A stretch of 64,000 nt of DNA. Source: Glaucostegus cemiculus. Lineage: Eukaryota. Shown here one piece after another: positions 24,221 to 36,810 of the stretch (position 1 is its first letter; each line of letters starts with the position of its first letter). Position numbers and translations under genes: made by a program. Location of the stretch: positions 30,504,001 through 30,568,000 of the forward strand of contig CDPCPM010000014.1 in NCBI GenBank assembly GCA_976551045.1, read 5' to 3'. The notes beneath the pieces were generated by a model. That model worked only from the letters and a program-made list of their open reading frames with translations. It made no database searches and was not told the DNA's origin.

Positions 24221-24864
24221 CAGGGACTCCAAGGTACAGATGAAATTCGGGCATCAATTCTTCTGGTGTATGTTCTTTAGGTTATTAACCAGCAACTGAA
24301 CACACTGAAGGAGCCCAGATATTTCAGTAAACGCAAGTGTTCTCCATGTTATCAATATATTGAATAATAATAACTTTGAAAGGCTAACTGACAGTAACAT
24401 ATTCCTCTTCAAGCACTAATTGACTGATTGTAGAAAGATTTTCAAATTTTGATCATTTCCTGTCAATTCTACTTTAATATGATTTCTTGGTGTTTCTTGA
24501 AAGGTAAACAAGCAAATGATCCTACTTATCTTGCACGAATCTCCCCTAATTCTTCATCAATTAGTTGTTTGAAACTTCCTTACTGGACGTAAAATGGAAT
24601 TTTAAAATTGTCTTATTTGCTTCCAAGATATGGTCTTTGTTCCAAATACTTCTAAATCTCTCAACAATTCTTGCTAAAAAGTTTGAGTATTTTTAGATAA
24701 GAAAATGCTCTGGTGAGTGTCAGTTATTTCACACCTTGTCTTCAACCCATTCTCTTCTCAAAACAACCACACATTTCAGAGGTACAAAAAAAACAAGGCA
24801 TTTCCTCTCTAATCAGTATGTCACAGTACATTTCTGCCTTTGGAGAACATTCTTACCTTTGGTG

Positions 24865-25650
24865 ACAGACTTAGCTCAATTGCACTTTCACCTCTAAAGT
24901 AGAAGGTTGTGTGTTTAAACATCAAATCAGATAAATATACGTATGTGTAAAGTCAACTGACACTATAATGTAGTACTGAAGAAATATTGTTCTGTCTTTT
25001 GCCCTGATTCCTATGTCAGTACTGTATTTTAGAAAAGGAAAGATAGACCTGTATTTACATAATGCCTTCCATACCTCTCAGAATATCCAAGAGCATTCTA
25101 TAGAGAGCAATATACTTTTAAGGTGGAGTCACTGTTATATTAATAAAGTTATGGCAGCTAATGTGTGCACAGCAAGCTTCCAGAAACAGCAAAATGATAA
25201 TTTGTGTCAAGTTAATACCAAGACACATTAAATAACTTCCCTGTTCTCTTTTGAAAGTGCGCCAGGACTATTTATGCTGATCTGAGAGTGTAGACTGATG
25301 ATGGTTTAATACCTCATCATATCTTTCTCAGAATGTCAGCCTAGATTTTTGTTCTTAATTCTCTGGAGTAGGACATGAAACTACAATGTTCTAATAGAGA
25401 CCTGAGAGTGGCACCTACATAGTCACAGCTGACACTGAAGATACTGACAACAAGAGGAAGAAAGTTCAGTCCATGGCTTGGTTGACATTTATCTATCAAC
25501 CATTGCCTATTTTTCTCTTTGTTAGTAGTGGAAGCTTGCAGCATTAACCTGCCATGCTTCCTTTGTTTCAGCAGTATCTACATTTCAAAAGTACTTAACT
25601 GACTGTGAAGCACATTTAGATGTTCTGTAATGAAAGACATAGTTCTTCCT
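24865..25650. mobile_element. Cluster of Deu-domain SINE pieces in both orientations
   Basis: Plus-strand head tagaaggttgtgtg...ctgacactataatgtagtactga (24865-25010); minus-strand copy 25043-25410; plus-strand tail ctacatttcaaaagtacttaactgactgtgaagcac (25545-25650). Confidence 0.55.
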
Positions 25651-28600
25651 TTATCATTGCATTAATATTACATTGAATACTTTAATCTTTGCTCATTTAC
25701 TTCCTAGTGCAAAATGAATTTTTCTTCATAATCTTCTCCCTCACTAAGTCCCATTGTGTGTTGAATGCCTATTTTTTCCCCTTTTCCCCATTTTTGGGGT
25801 ACAAATTTTTGCCTTGTATGTCGAATGCCTGTGTGTAAATTATAGACCGAGGTGCAATGCACAAGCACCCAAGTAGGAGGATCACATACCAGAAATGGAG
25901 AGGCCATTGAAAACTTCATGCACTGAATACATGTGATGGTTCATGCATTACAGCTGAAAAGGTATAAATCTATCTAATAAACTTCAGATCTTTGATGTCC
26001 AATGCTACTTCTTAATTATTCATTTCATCTACTCTTTAATCCCTTAGATCTTGGGATGCTCAAAGTCATGCCTTCCACTTGGACAGTGACTGCCAATTAA
26101 ACAATGGCTGAAATAACTATTTTCTTTATATCTTGTCTTTTTCTGTGATGTACATTGATTTCCAGCGTAAATGTTTCAGTCTAGAAATTCCATTGCTATG
26201 CATCAAGATATTGGCAAAAAATTATTTGCTGGACATCATTGGTTACTTACACAGTTAATTATGTTTGCAAAATACCTTCCAATTCTTTCATGGGAATGAT
26301 GCATGAAGGTGTTTGGATGTAGCTGTGTCATCCAACATTATGCATTATGATGTTCATATGTTCAATTAATTACAACATTTAATTTTGTAAGCATGACCCA
26401 CAGATGGCATGGGCCATGCATGCAGGTGCAGGCCTTCACAATGAATGTAAAGTGTGCTTCAACAGTAGTTAAAGGGGCAATTTCCAACATGTGGAGACTG
26501 CTGCTTGGATCTGGCTAAGATAGGTGGGTTTTAAGATTCAAACCTACTCCTTGTTGTAAGTCTCCCTTGCAGCCTGAAACCAAATAATCCCTCCTAGCTG
26601 CCACCACATCTTGACTTCAACCCTCGCCAAATGATCACCACCCCAAACAGCTGCAGTATCTAATGATGACCTACTCCCCAACCTTATCCTCCCAGTGATG
26701 ACTCTACCCAGTTCTCTGGGTCCTGAGACCCCATCGCTCCTGTGACCTCTCTACAACAGAAACCCCTGCTGTATTCCACAAGCGGCAACATATGGTCTGC
26801 TTGACTTCCGCTCATTCCACAGTAGGGGAGTGAGTATAGGAAAGGTTCTTGCATGCATCAGATGCACAAAGTGAGTCCTATTGTGCCTTGCCTTCATATG
26901 TCGTAGAATTTTGCATCAGTGGGTCCCCACACAGACCAAAAACCTCCAGGCTATTAAATGTGGTAATATTCAAACATCAGCAGCTTAACTGTAAATTATC
27001 GCTTACAAACTGCAATATATGGATCTTTGTTTTCAATGCTTCTTGAGTTTTTATGTTTGAAATCCTAAAATTATGATGACATTTGACAGACACAATTTTG
27101 GTATAATGTTGCCCTCATGTTCAATTTTTCCATATAGCCTCAAAGTGCAAAAAAGAACCCTAGGTTTTCGAACAAAGCTGATATTTTCTATTATTAGGCT
27201 GACCGTTGCACTAGCTTGAGTAACTTTTTAATAGAAAACAACTATCATTGCTTGCAAAATCACTGGGGACATCAATACGCTCTCAATTAGCATCTCTGCC
27301 CTAGTTTCCCATCCCCCGCACCAAAATCTAACTGTGCACTGATGCAATACTGGTTATTCATAATTTTTTTTTTTGCTCATTGGGTCTTATTAAAAACATA
27401 TTCTCATTACCTTAGTGAGACAGAACAAGGTCTGCTCAAACTATCTATAACAATCCCCCATGTGTGACTTCAATTGATTATTCAAATTTAAAATAGCCCT
27501 TAACTGATATGAAATATTCTGTCATTTTTATCAGAAAATGAGTCTTTTGACATATTTGCATATGAATGCTTTTAATATTTTTAATCGTGTGATTTAAAAT
27601 GGAGTTTAATGTTAATTACTAATTTCAGAAAGTGAAGCTCATTAATATGCTAATGTATTTTATTTTTGGACACCATAAGGTGGCAAGTAGCAAAAGAGCA
27701 CATTTTTCAGATATGATGTGACTATATGAAGACAGTTTAGTGATTGTTCTCCCAAGGAACAGCTGCAGTCACAAGACATGCCTCACAAAATGGAAGGTTA
27801 TGGACTGTCAGAAGCTGACATCCCTTTTCTACAGAGAGAGAGGCATTTGTAGTCAGTGTCACTAGAAATGAAAAATTAAGGCTTTCAGAATGTTGCACAC
27901 TCACTTTTGTCTCCTCAATTGCTGCCGAGTTAATGTAAAACACAATCAGCTGGAAAGAAGGGAAGTAAGCAGCAGAGGCCTGTGATTTATTCTTAATTAG
28001 ACGCTGGCACTGCATCTTGTCAAACAAGGCTATAGTGTGTGCTGAAGCACACTGACACAAACAGACAGGACCAGCTACAGCAGCACAGAATACAAAGTGC
28101 ATTTGGGTTGACATTGAAAGGGATTTAGATAAGTACTAGATTTTTTAAAAACCTATATATCTGAGTGGAAAGATGGAAGAGAATGAAAACAGTGCTAGTA
28201 TGAGATGAATTGCATGTGAATGTGTGTTTATTACCATTTATCAATCTCTGAAATTAGGCAGGCTGATCCTGTTCAAGTGGTATATGTCTCCTCTCACAGA
28301 TTAAAGGTCAAATCTTTGCAACAAGGCAAAACAACGTAAAACAAAGAAAAAAATGAGATTGCATCTAATTTAGCTGTTTGAACTCTGAATGAAATGGGAA
28401 GAGTGAGACCATGGTTGGTGGAACATGAGTAATATTCTCTCTCTGACACTGGGATTCAGAGCTGTTTTTTCAGCCAGCACTGATGGAGCCTCCAGCAGCA
28501 AAGATCTGGCAATCAGCCAACCAATCTAAGCACTTCTGTGAAGTTCCGATTCCATCTGTTTCTGTGGTGAATATTCTACTTCAGGTCAAATCCATATAGC

Positions 28601-28932
28601 CAGTTGTATTAACATCGCCATGATCTGTAAAGATATTTCAGAGAGACTGGAAAGTGATGTTATCCATGGCTGTAAAGTTGTAAAAGCTCAGGTACGATTC
28701 TAATTATTGAGGAGAATATGTACTTACTCATTTGGCACTGTTCATTTCACTTTGAGGGCAATTACTCATCCTGGAGGTCAGGTGCAACATTTTCTTATCA
28801 GAAGGAATGAAGTTACCTTTTTAAAACAGACCACATGCTTTTGTTGAAAGAAATTTAATAATTGTCCAAGAAGTTGATAAGTTGTGACAAAAACAGTTTG
28901 GAATTACTTGATGGATTCATTAAGTAGGTTTT

Positions 28933-30586
28933 CTGCCTGTTCTTTCTAAAACACCATTCTCTAGTTTTCATTCAATAACCTTTCACCATGCTGTTATTAT
29001 TAATAGCTTTGCAGGATATATGCTGCATGCTTCAGATGGTGAATATAAAATGTGAGTGGAGAGTAGGTAAAAAATGGAGGTGCTTATAACTGGTTGACTG
29101 TAATACCTGATTGATATTGGGAGCATAATTCAGTGTGTTGAATGGGGTGAACATTTTATTCTCATTACCTAACTTAGCTTTTCCATCCTCCAGAACAGTG
29201 ATTAATAATAATCCATAATTCCATAGGTGGCAGGAATTGCTTCTGATTTACGTCGTGTATGGGCAGGCATGGTAGTGTAGTCGTTAGCACAACGTTATTA
29301 CAGCGCCAGTGGCCCAGGTTCAATTCTGGCCGCTGTCTGTAAGGAGTTTACATGTTCTCCCCGTGTCTTCGTGGGTTTCCTCCTGGTGCTCCAGTTTCTT
29401 CCCACATTCCAAAGACATGCAAGTTAGGAAGTTGTGGGCGTGCTATGTTGGTGCCGGAAGCGTGGTGACACTTGCGGGCTGCCCCCAGAAATCTCTATGC
29501 AAAAGGTGCATTTCATGTGTGTTTCAGTGTAACTGATAAAGATATCTTATCTTAATATCTTTCTTTCCTCAGTGACTTCAATTTTCATTGCAACTCCACT
29601 TGCCTCTCTTGGACAAATTCACTGGTTCTCTGATGTCTCAAAATCCTATCTTACCTAAGTTCAAGTCCAACCCTTTTACCCCACAATCTCCGTGCTCTCT
29701 TTCCCCTATTGTCTCAATCACCTATCCCTCCCCACCTATACATTTTCAACCCTGATTACATCTAGACCTGCAGAGATGGCATCCATGGCTAAACTCACTC
29801 TGCCCCCAGAGGTTGAGGGGGAGATGGGGGTAAATGAATAAGCATCAGTAGCAGGAGCATTGGGCATTTCTTTTTATTCCTTTGGATAAGGACATGAAGT
29901 TAATTATAGCCCTCCTTTTGCATTCCTGCTGACTTTAGTGATTTTAGTTCAGATTGTACTGTATATTAACTTGGAATCTATTTAGTCTGCAGAATTCTTG
30001 AACGGTGAATTTGTCTGTTAAGCCATGTCAGATTTTGTTTTGTATAAATTTCTGTTAAGTATATTTTCTTGTTTCATTCATCTCATTTTGGATGTTATCA
30101 GAACAGACCTCATTTTTTTTGAAATAATCTCTGGAATATGTAATGGATTTAACTGACTGGGAAATACCGTACACTGCTTTAGAGTTTCAATTAGTCTGGC
30201 AACCCCATTGTGACTTAGATTTCATCATTTGAAGTCAATGGAATCATAAGATATAACTGAAATTGCAATATTCCTTTAAAAGTGTTTACAGACAAATTAG
30301 ACAGCTGGGACTCCCATTCTTGACCAGCTTTGCTTATGACTCTTCCGCTGCGGAATAGTTTACTAATTCTTATTAATTGAGGCTCTCAGGACAGGATTTT
30401 AACAGCCAATCTGAATTCAAACCAGAATCCAGGAGATGTGACCATTTTTTACCTACTTTCCACTCACATTTTATATTCACCATCTGAAGCATGCAGCATA
30501 TATCCTGCAAAACTGTTATTAATAACAGCATGGTGAAAGGTTATTGAATGGGAACTAGAGAATGGTGTTTTAGAAAGAACAGGCAG
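28933..30586. repeat. Long inverted repeat: 145-bp arms 28933-29077 and 30442-30586
   Basis: Manual alignment of the left arm to the reverse complement of the right arm gives 6 mismatches in 145 bp and no gaps. Confidence 0.95.
29261..29555 (+). mobile_element. Young V-domain tRNA SINE (tctta tail family)
   Basis: A-box-like ggcatggtagtgtagtcgttagc, B-box ggttcaattc, V-domain gtgggtttcctcctggtgctccagtttcttcccacattccaaagac, tail gataaagatatcttatctta. Confidence 0.92.
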
Positions 30587-31869
30587 TGACACAGTTGGGG
30601 TATTCATTCCCTACCGTGCACAGTAGTTACATTCTGGCTGTGGTTACAAGATAAATATCAATGGGTTATACAATTTAACAGGTAAGATATTGTGGTGTTG
30701 CACCACTTACAACCACTTACTTAAGATTGCTGGTGTGTTATTGTATTACTGTTATCAGGGCAATCTGACTGTTACTATTACAACATTACAATTAGTTATC
30801 ATTGTTCCCAGTGAAATTTGGGAATCTACCTTCAGTTTCTCCTCTTCTTTTCCTGTGACTTTCCTTCTTCACATGCTGGTGCTCCAGAACTAGATGTGGC
30901 TTTAGTTAGGAAACTGACAATAACAGTTTTCCACATCTGTCATTTTTACTTCAAGAACTGTTGTTTCCAATTTAACCCTTTGGGAGTCAGGGGGATAATT
31001 GCCCAGGTATCTCCTGTCCACAAGAGTAGGTCAACTCCAATCCATCTAAATGATGCTCATCAGTCTACTCTAAATCATCAGCAAATTGTTGATTGCTGTT
31101 ACTAACAGTGCTATCAGGTAGCTCTTACTCCCTGATAACCTGCTCACAGATGTTCAGTTACAAGTTATGATTGGCCCACTTGTCTCCAGCGATCCATAAA
31201 ACCTCAGTCAAATGTGAACCAAAGAGCTGAATTCCAACGGTGAGGTGAGAGTGTCTGCTCTGAAATTATCCCCCTGACCCACAAAGGGTTAAACTAGAAA
31301 GAAAATTTCTTGAATTAAAATGGACAGCTGTGGACAGCTACCATTCCAGAATCATAGACTGTTCCATTCTGTGTTATGACACTTGAAGGACAATTTACAA
31401 TTCACAAGGAAGCAGTAGATTGAAAATTCTTGCCATCTAAGACAAATTATTCACTTTGGGAAGCTAGGACCCTAGGCTGATATGACAACACTGAGGAAAC
31501 GAGATACAGATGGTCAATTAGTAAGGAGAGTATGGCCTAGGTGGCTAATCAGAAACTGATCCTGTGATTGATCATGTGCCTCTGCCAGAGGATGTTAGGG
31601 ATAAAGAGTGGGAGGGGTAAATATCACACTTCAGTCAGTGGAATCAGAGACAACCAAGTCAGTTGAACTCAAAGTATATTCAGCACAGATCAACTATTTA
31701 AGTGATTTGTAGTGAGACTATTGATAGTATTTGTAATGTGCAATCTGACTAAACTTATGTGGTTAATGGACTAGAATCATCTGTCCTTCTGTAAATTGCA
31801 AAAATTGAATTTCAAAAGAGACAAAAGGCTTGGAAGGACTTTGTTGCTATATTGACCCAGACATCAAAG

Positions 31870-32790
31870 GAGTATTTGAGTGCTGGTTAAATTGAAGTCC
31901 ATGGGCATCAAAGGTAAAATGCACCAATGGGTGGTGTCACACCTTGCACAAAGAAGAATAGCTATTGTTGTAGGAAGTCCCTCCTAAGGCATTATTACTA
32001 GACTTCCTCAGGCCAGTATTCAATAACCTTCAACTGCTTCATCAGCAATCTTCCTCCTATTATGATAGCACAGTACTGCATTCCACTCGCAAGTTCTCAG
32101 AAAATAAGAAAGTCTACTTCTGCATGCCACAAGAGCTAGACAATATTCAGACATGGGATAATAAATGGTAAGTAATATTCACACCACAGAAGGGCCAGAA
32201 AATGACCATCTCTAACAGGAGAGAATCCAACCACTTTCCCTTGACGTTCCATAGCCTTACCATTGTTGAGTCCACCACCATCAAAAATATTGCAGGGTCA
32301 CCAAATGAACAGAAACTCATTCAGACCAGGCCCATTTATACATGGCTCCAGGGCTGGGTATTCTGTGGAGAGTGGCTCTGATGAGCTTGATGGTATATTC
32401 TCCATAAGCAGCTCCAACTCTCAAAAGATCTACACCATCGGAGACAAAGTAGCTGCTTGATTGGCACTCCATCCAAACATTCCTCCATTACCATCTACAA
32501 CATACGCGGCAATTGCTCACCTGTGCTTCTCTGACAGCCTAACTCATGACCCCTACCACCAAGAAGAAAAGGGCAGTAGATGCATGGGAACATCATCACC
32601 TTTAGTTTCTCCTCTAATTCATGACCTCAAAATTTATCACAGTTTCTTCAATGTCGCTGGGTCTAAATGCTGAACTTGCTCTTCAACAACACTCTGAGAC
32701 AATATTCACCAAAAGGATTGCAGAGTTTAAAAGGTGACTGATCATCACCTTTCTCAAGGGCACTTGGGGCTGGTAAAATGAATAAATGGA
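31870..32790 (+). mobile_element. CR1/L2-group LINE, decayed RT and 3' end
   Basis: KLKSMGIKGKMHQWVVSHLAQRRIAIVVG; TFNCFISNLP; QELDNIQTWDNKW*VIFTPQKGQKMTISNRR; tail caccttctcaagggcacttgggg...aataaa. Confidence 0.8.
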
Positions 32791-33049
32791 AAAAAAGTGA
32801 ATGTGTGAAATCCACTAAAGGAGCCTTATCTTAGACTGAGACTCAATCTACTCTCTGGTGCAGAATAGATGTAGCTTCACTCTGTTGTGTCGACCTTTGC
32901 CTGTGACCTTCCAAGCATGATGCTTGCACTGATGGGTGGGATTTTTGTGACCTCTTCAGCATTGATCTCAACATCAGTGGACTGCATTTGGCTTGGTGGG
33001 TGGAAGTAGTTTCATCTGCAGGATGGGATTAGGTGATAATCACCTGCTG

Positions 33050-33146
33050 CTACACACTAAAAACTGGAGGAACTCAGCAGATCAGGCAGCACCTATGGAG
33101 AAAAATGGACAGTCGACATTTCAAGTTGAATCCCTTCATCAGGACC
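33050..33146 (-). mobile_element. Penelope pLTR fragment with the best-preserved hammerhead-like core
   Basis: Reverse complement of 33112-33145 is gtc CTGATGA aggg attcaa ctt GAAA tg TC gac, followed by a pLTR 3' motif. Confidence 0.75.
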
Positions 33147-33274
33147 AACTGTGTTTCTGCTACTGGGAACTCCTGTTTCCAGTAACTGAGAAGCACAGAG
33201 CTTCATCTAAATGTAGAAAAGTAATGATAGAAGGAAGTGCCCTGTCTGGGAGGTCAGGAATGACAAAGCCACAA

Positions 33275-33550
33275 GACTGGTGTTTGTATGTTCTCCCTAT
33301 GACTGCATGGGATTCCTCTGGGTGCTCCAGTTTTCTCCCACATGCCAAAAGCATGCTTGTTGGTAAGTTAATAGGCCAATATAAATTGCTCCTAGTCTAT
33401 GTGGGTGGCAGGAGAATCATAGGGGGAGGGGGAAATTCATAGGGATGTAAGAGGAAAAGTGGAATTAATGTGGAAGGCTGCTTGATGGTTGGCATGGACA
33501 CAGTGGGCCGAAGGACCTGTTTCCATGCTCAATGACTCTGTGGCTCTATT
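33275..33550 (+). mobile_element. HE1-like V-SINE, 5'-truncated, CR1-type tail
   Basis: gggtgctccagttttctcccacatgccaaa...taaattgctcctagt...gtgggccgaaggacctgtttccatgct. Confidence 0.8.
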
Positions 33551-33669
33551 TTCAGAAACCATATTGCAGGTTACACTGATAGATGACTAAAGCTCATTGT
33601 CGCTCAAGGAATCATGTCACATGATTGCATGAAAATAAACACATCACAATTATTCAGCCTGTGGTGTGC

Positions 33670-34455
33670 ACTGACAAGTTGACGGATGGAATATTAATGT
33701 GGGAATATCTGACACTATCCACCTTGGATGGAAAATTGGGAAAACAGATTATTAGTTAGATTACAAAAGGACAATAGTGTACAAAGGGATCTGGGGTCCC
33801 TAGTGCATGAAACACAAAGTGTTGGCATACAGGTATAACAAGTACTAAGGCCAATGGAATATTGGCATTTATTACAAGGGGTATGGAGTTTAAAAGTGAG
33901 GAAATATTATTGGCAATTTATTGGGTATTAGTGACACTGCACCTGCTGTATTGCATACAGTATTGGTCTCCATCTTTAAGGAAGGATATGGTTGCACTGG
34001 AGACAGTGTGGAGAAGGTTCACTACATTGATTGCCAGGTTGAAGGGATGGAAAAGAGGTTGAGTAGATTGGGATCATTCACATTTGCAGTTAGAAGAATG
34101 CAAGGTGATCTTATTAAAATATGAAACTTCTGAAGGTCACTGCTGAAAGGACGTTTCTCTCACTAAGGTTACTAGAGCCATGGAGTATACATTCAGAATA
34201 GGGGTCACCCATTTAAAATGAGATAGGGAGCAGTTTCTTTTCTCAGAAAGTTGTGACTCTTTAAAATTCTCTGGATAGCTACAGAGGCAGAGTCATTGAA
34301 TACATTCACAGTGGAGGTTGACCAGTAGTTGAACTATATGGAAGTCAATGGGTTTGGTGGACAATGGGAAAGTGATATTAAAGCCAACATTGAATCAGTC
34401 ATGAAGTTAATAAATGGTGGATTGGCCAACTCCTGCTCTCATTTCTTATGTTCTT
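33670..34455 (+). mobile_element. CR1 LINE 3' portion, decayed
   Basis: QRDLGSL; AFITRGMEFKSEEILLAIYWVLVTLHLLYCIQYWSPSLRKDMVALETVWRRFTTLI; tail ctcctgctctcatttcttatgttctt. Confidence 0.9.
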
Positions 34456-34827
34456 CTGTATTAATGTCACAGAGGTGCTGGGAAGCAACACACTACTTGA
34501 AAATTAAGTTCTGTTGTCACCTGCACAAATGAGGTTGTACCCTGGGAAGGAGGTTCAATACCAGCCACCAGCAAATGTCTGTCATGGGTAAATGCTGATT
34601 GCACAGATATCCTGTGTAGGAAAATTCCATTCCTTTGCAATCTGTTGACTCAGTGATATAGAAGGGTCACTTGCTATTTGCATAAATAAAGCTACAATTC
34701 CTTGGTTTCCAATTTTAACATATCCACTCCCTTGCCACCCTTTAGAAGAAATCTGTTTCCTGATAGAGTGGATTGTTTAAATACATTAATGTTGTAGTCC
34801 AGAGGTAAAATAAGCAATCTAATGTCA

Positions 34828-35075
34828 ATTTTTTATTACAAAATAAACTTTATTCTTCATAAGGAAAAGTTATATACTGGAATAAACAGCGCAAACTCTT
34901 TACATTCATGTACAGTTCATTCAGTAGTGCTAACTTATTTTTGAAACCCATAGCACCGATGCCACTCATGTGGCTCCCTGGGGTGATACCCAGTCCAATA
35001 TTTACAATATTTAAGTGGCTTCTTCACCTGACCCCACCCCTCCATGTCCAGTAGTGGAAGAACACTAAACTGTCA
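34828..35075 (-). mobile_element. Tx1-type LINE 3' UTR fragment
   Basis: Reverse complement gacagtttagtgttcttccactactggacatggaggg resembles 6930-6965 of the Tx1 copy and ends gaataaagtttattttgtaataaaaaa. Confidence 0.55.
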
Positions 35076-35446
35076 AATTAATTTTGCAGAATTGCATCTC
35101 AGTGTGACCTTTTGCCAGTCTGTTCTCTTTCTGTCCAATGCCTATGCTTAAGATCATCACCCTTATAGTTGTAGTGACTGGCAGAGATTGGGATTGGGTA
35201 GAAACCTGGAGCACATCTGGGGAATCTCTTGGCCACAGCCCTCCTCTCAGCCCCTCTCTATTATAGTTACTGGGTTGCCTCTTTACTTCCAAAATGTTTC
35301 TTTGAAAATTCCAGTCTGAATTGGGGCAAAGTATAATTCACGCTACCTGGATGTATTTAAATTTAATAAAAAATTCAGAATTAAAATAACATCTAAAAGA
35401 AAGGAAGGTAAATGCTCAGAACCCATTTCCAAACCTACATTGAAAA

Positions 35447-35939
35447 TTTGTTGCCATGGTTATCCAAGATGTAGAAATATTAATAAATTTGCAACTGACA
35501 AGCAGATCTGCACAGTGTATAAAAAATTTACTTTACCTAATAAATGTTACTTCAAGCCAAGAAAAACCAGAACTATGGTAAAATCCATACGAATATTACT
35601 CCTTCCCTAGGCCAAACCCTCTTTTGTTGCTATTTTCTTGGCAAATTAGAACACAGTGGAGGCAAAGCAAAAATTAGTGTAAAAATAATTTTAATTCTTT
35701 CTTATCAGATTGGGCATTTACAAAGGAAATTTAACAGTGGTCATACTGATCAACATTGTCACCCATGGCTTGATGCAACCAGTTCTGCTTAGAATTATCA
35801 ACCTTTTCCGAACCAGCAAGATAGGCTGAGAGTAATTCAGCATCTGATACATTGAAATAATTTTTATACAGTGTGCAGATCGGCTTTTCAGTTGCAAATT
35901 TACTAATATTTCTACATCTTGGATAACCATGGCAACAAA
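35447..35939. repeat. Inverted repeat: 79-bp arms 35447-35525 and 35861-35939
   Basis: 4 mismatches in 79 bp by manual alignment; 335-bp spacer. Confidence 0.95.
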
Positions 35940-36599
35940 CTTCTCCTTAAGCATATTATGATAATGAATAGGTTATTATTGTAATCCGCTGAATCCTGGC
36001 TATTTTAATCCTGCGACTAGAACATTATATCAACGAACTGCTTGAATTTCAAAAAGGTGGTGTGCATATTATTATATTGCTTAATATCGTCTTTTATTCA
36101 CTGAATACTGGTTTGAACGTATATTTTTTTTGTTTCCTTGATCTATAAGGAGTTAAGAGATTCCAAAGCTTAATAGATTCTGTTCAAGGATCAAAAATCC
36201 AATGAAAGAGATAAATGTTTGCTAATGTAAGAGACATTGTGGATTAATGGGTGGAAAGCAGAAAGTTGAGTCGGTGTTAGGAAATGAAAGGGAGGCAGAA
36301 AACAAATTTAATAAGTAGAGGAGCATGAAACTGAGCTTGCATAGGTTGCATTGAATTGGAGACTAATACACATCATATTTGATAAGAAGGTATTTTAATA
36401 ACAAGAAATGGTCTTTATTAAAATGTTATTAAAATTCAACAGGGTCCTTAAATGTGGAATACATAAAACTATTGCTAAAACATTTTTTTTCAAAGAAAGA
36501 TTTGAAGAACATATACATATGCACATTAGAGGAAGATCTTGTGTGTTTTGTCGGCTCTTTAGTGTTGTTGCTTGCAAAACTGTGTACCCTACATTTTAT

Positions 36600-36810
36600 T
36601 TATGCTCAGGATGGTTGATCTGGAAAACACTGCCTGTAGTGGTGTGGAAAGAGGACTTGAATGGGGAATTGAATAAATACGAGGGAAAATCATCAACAGG
36701 GTTATGTGGAAACAACAGGAGAATGCGAGTGCATGTACGGGTCTACATAGAGCTAACACAAATGAGATAGGCCAAATAGCCCCCTTCCTGCTGTAAACAT
36801 TCTATTGATC
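36600..36810 (+). mobile_element. Old CR1 3' end
   Basis: tggaaaacactgcctgtagtggtgtggaa...gataggccaaatagcccccttcctgctgtaaacattctat. Confidence 0.5.

Noticed and set aside
29261-29335. tRNA gene
   Set aside because: tRNA-like A and B boxes run directly into a V-domain and SINE tail; this is a SINE head, as at 53675 and 62407.
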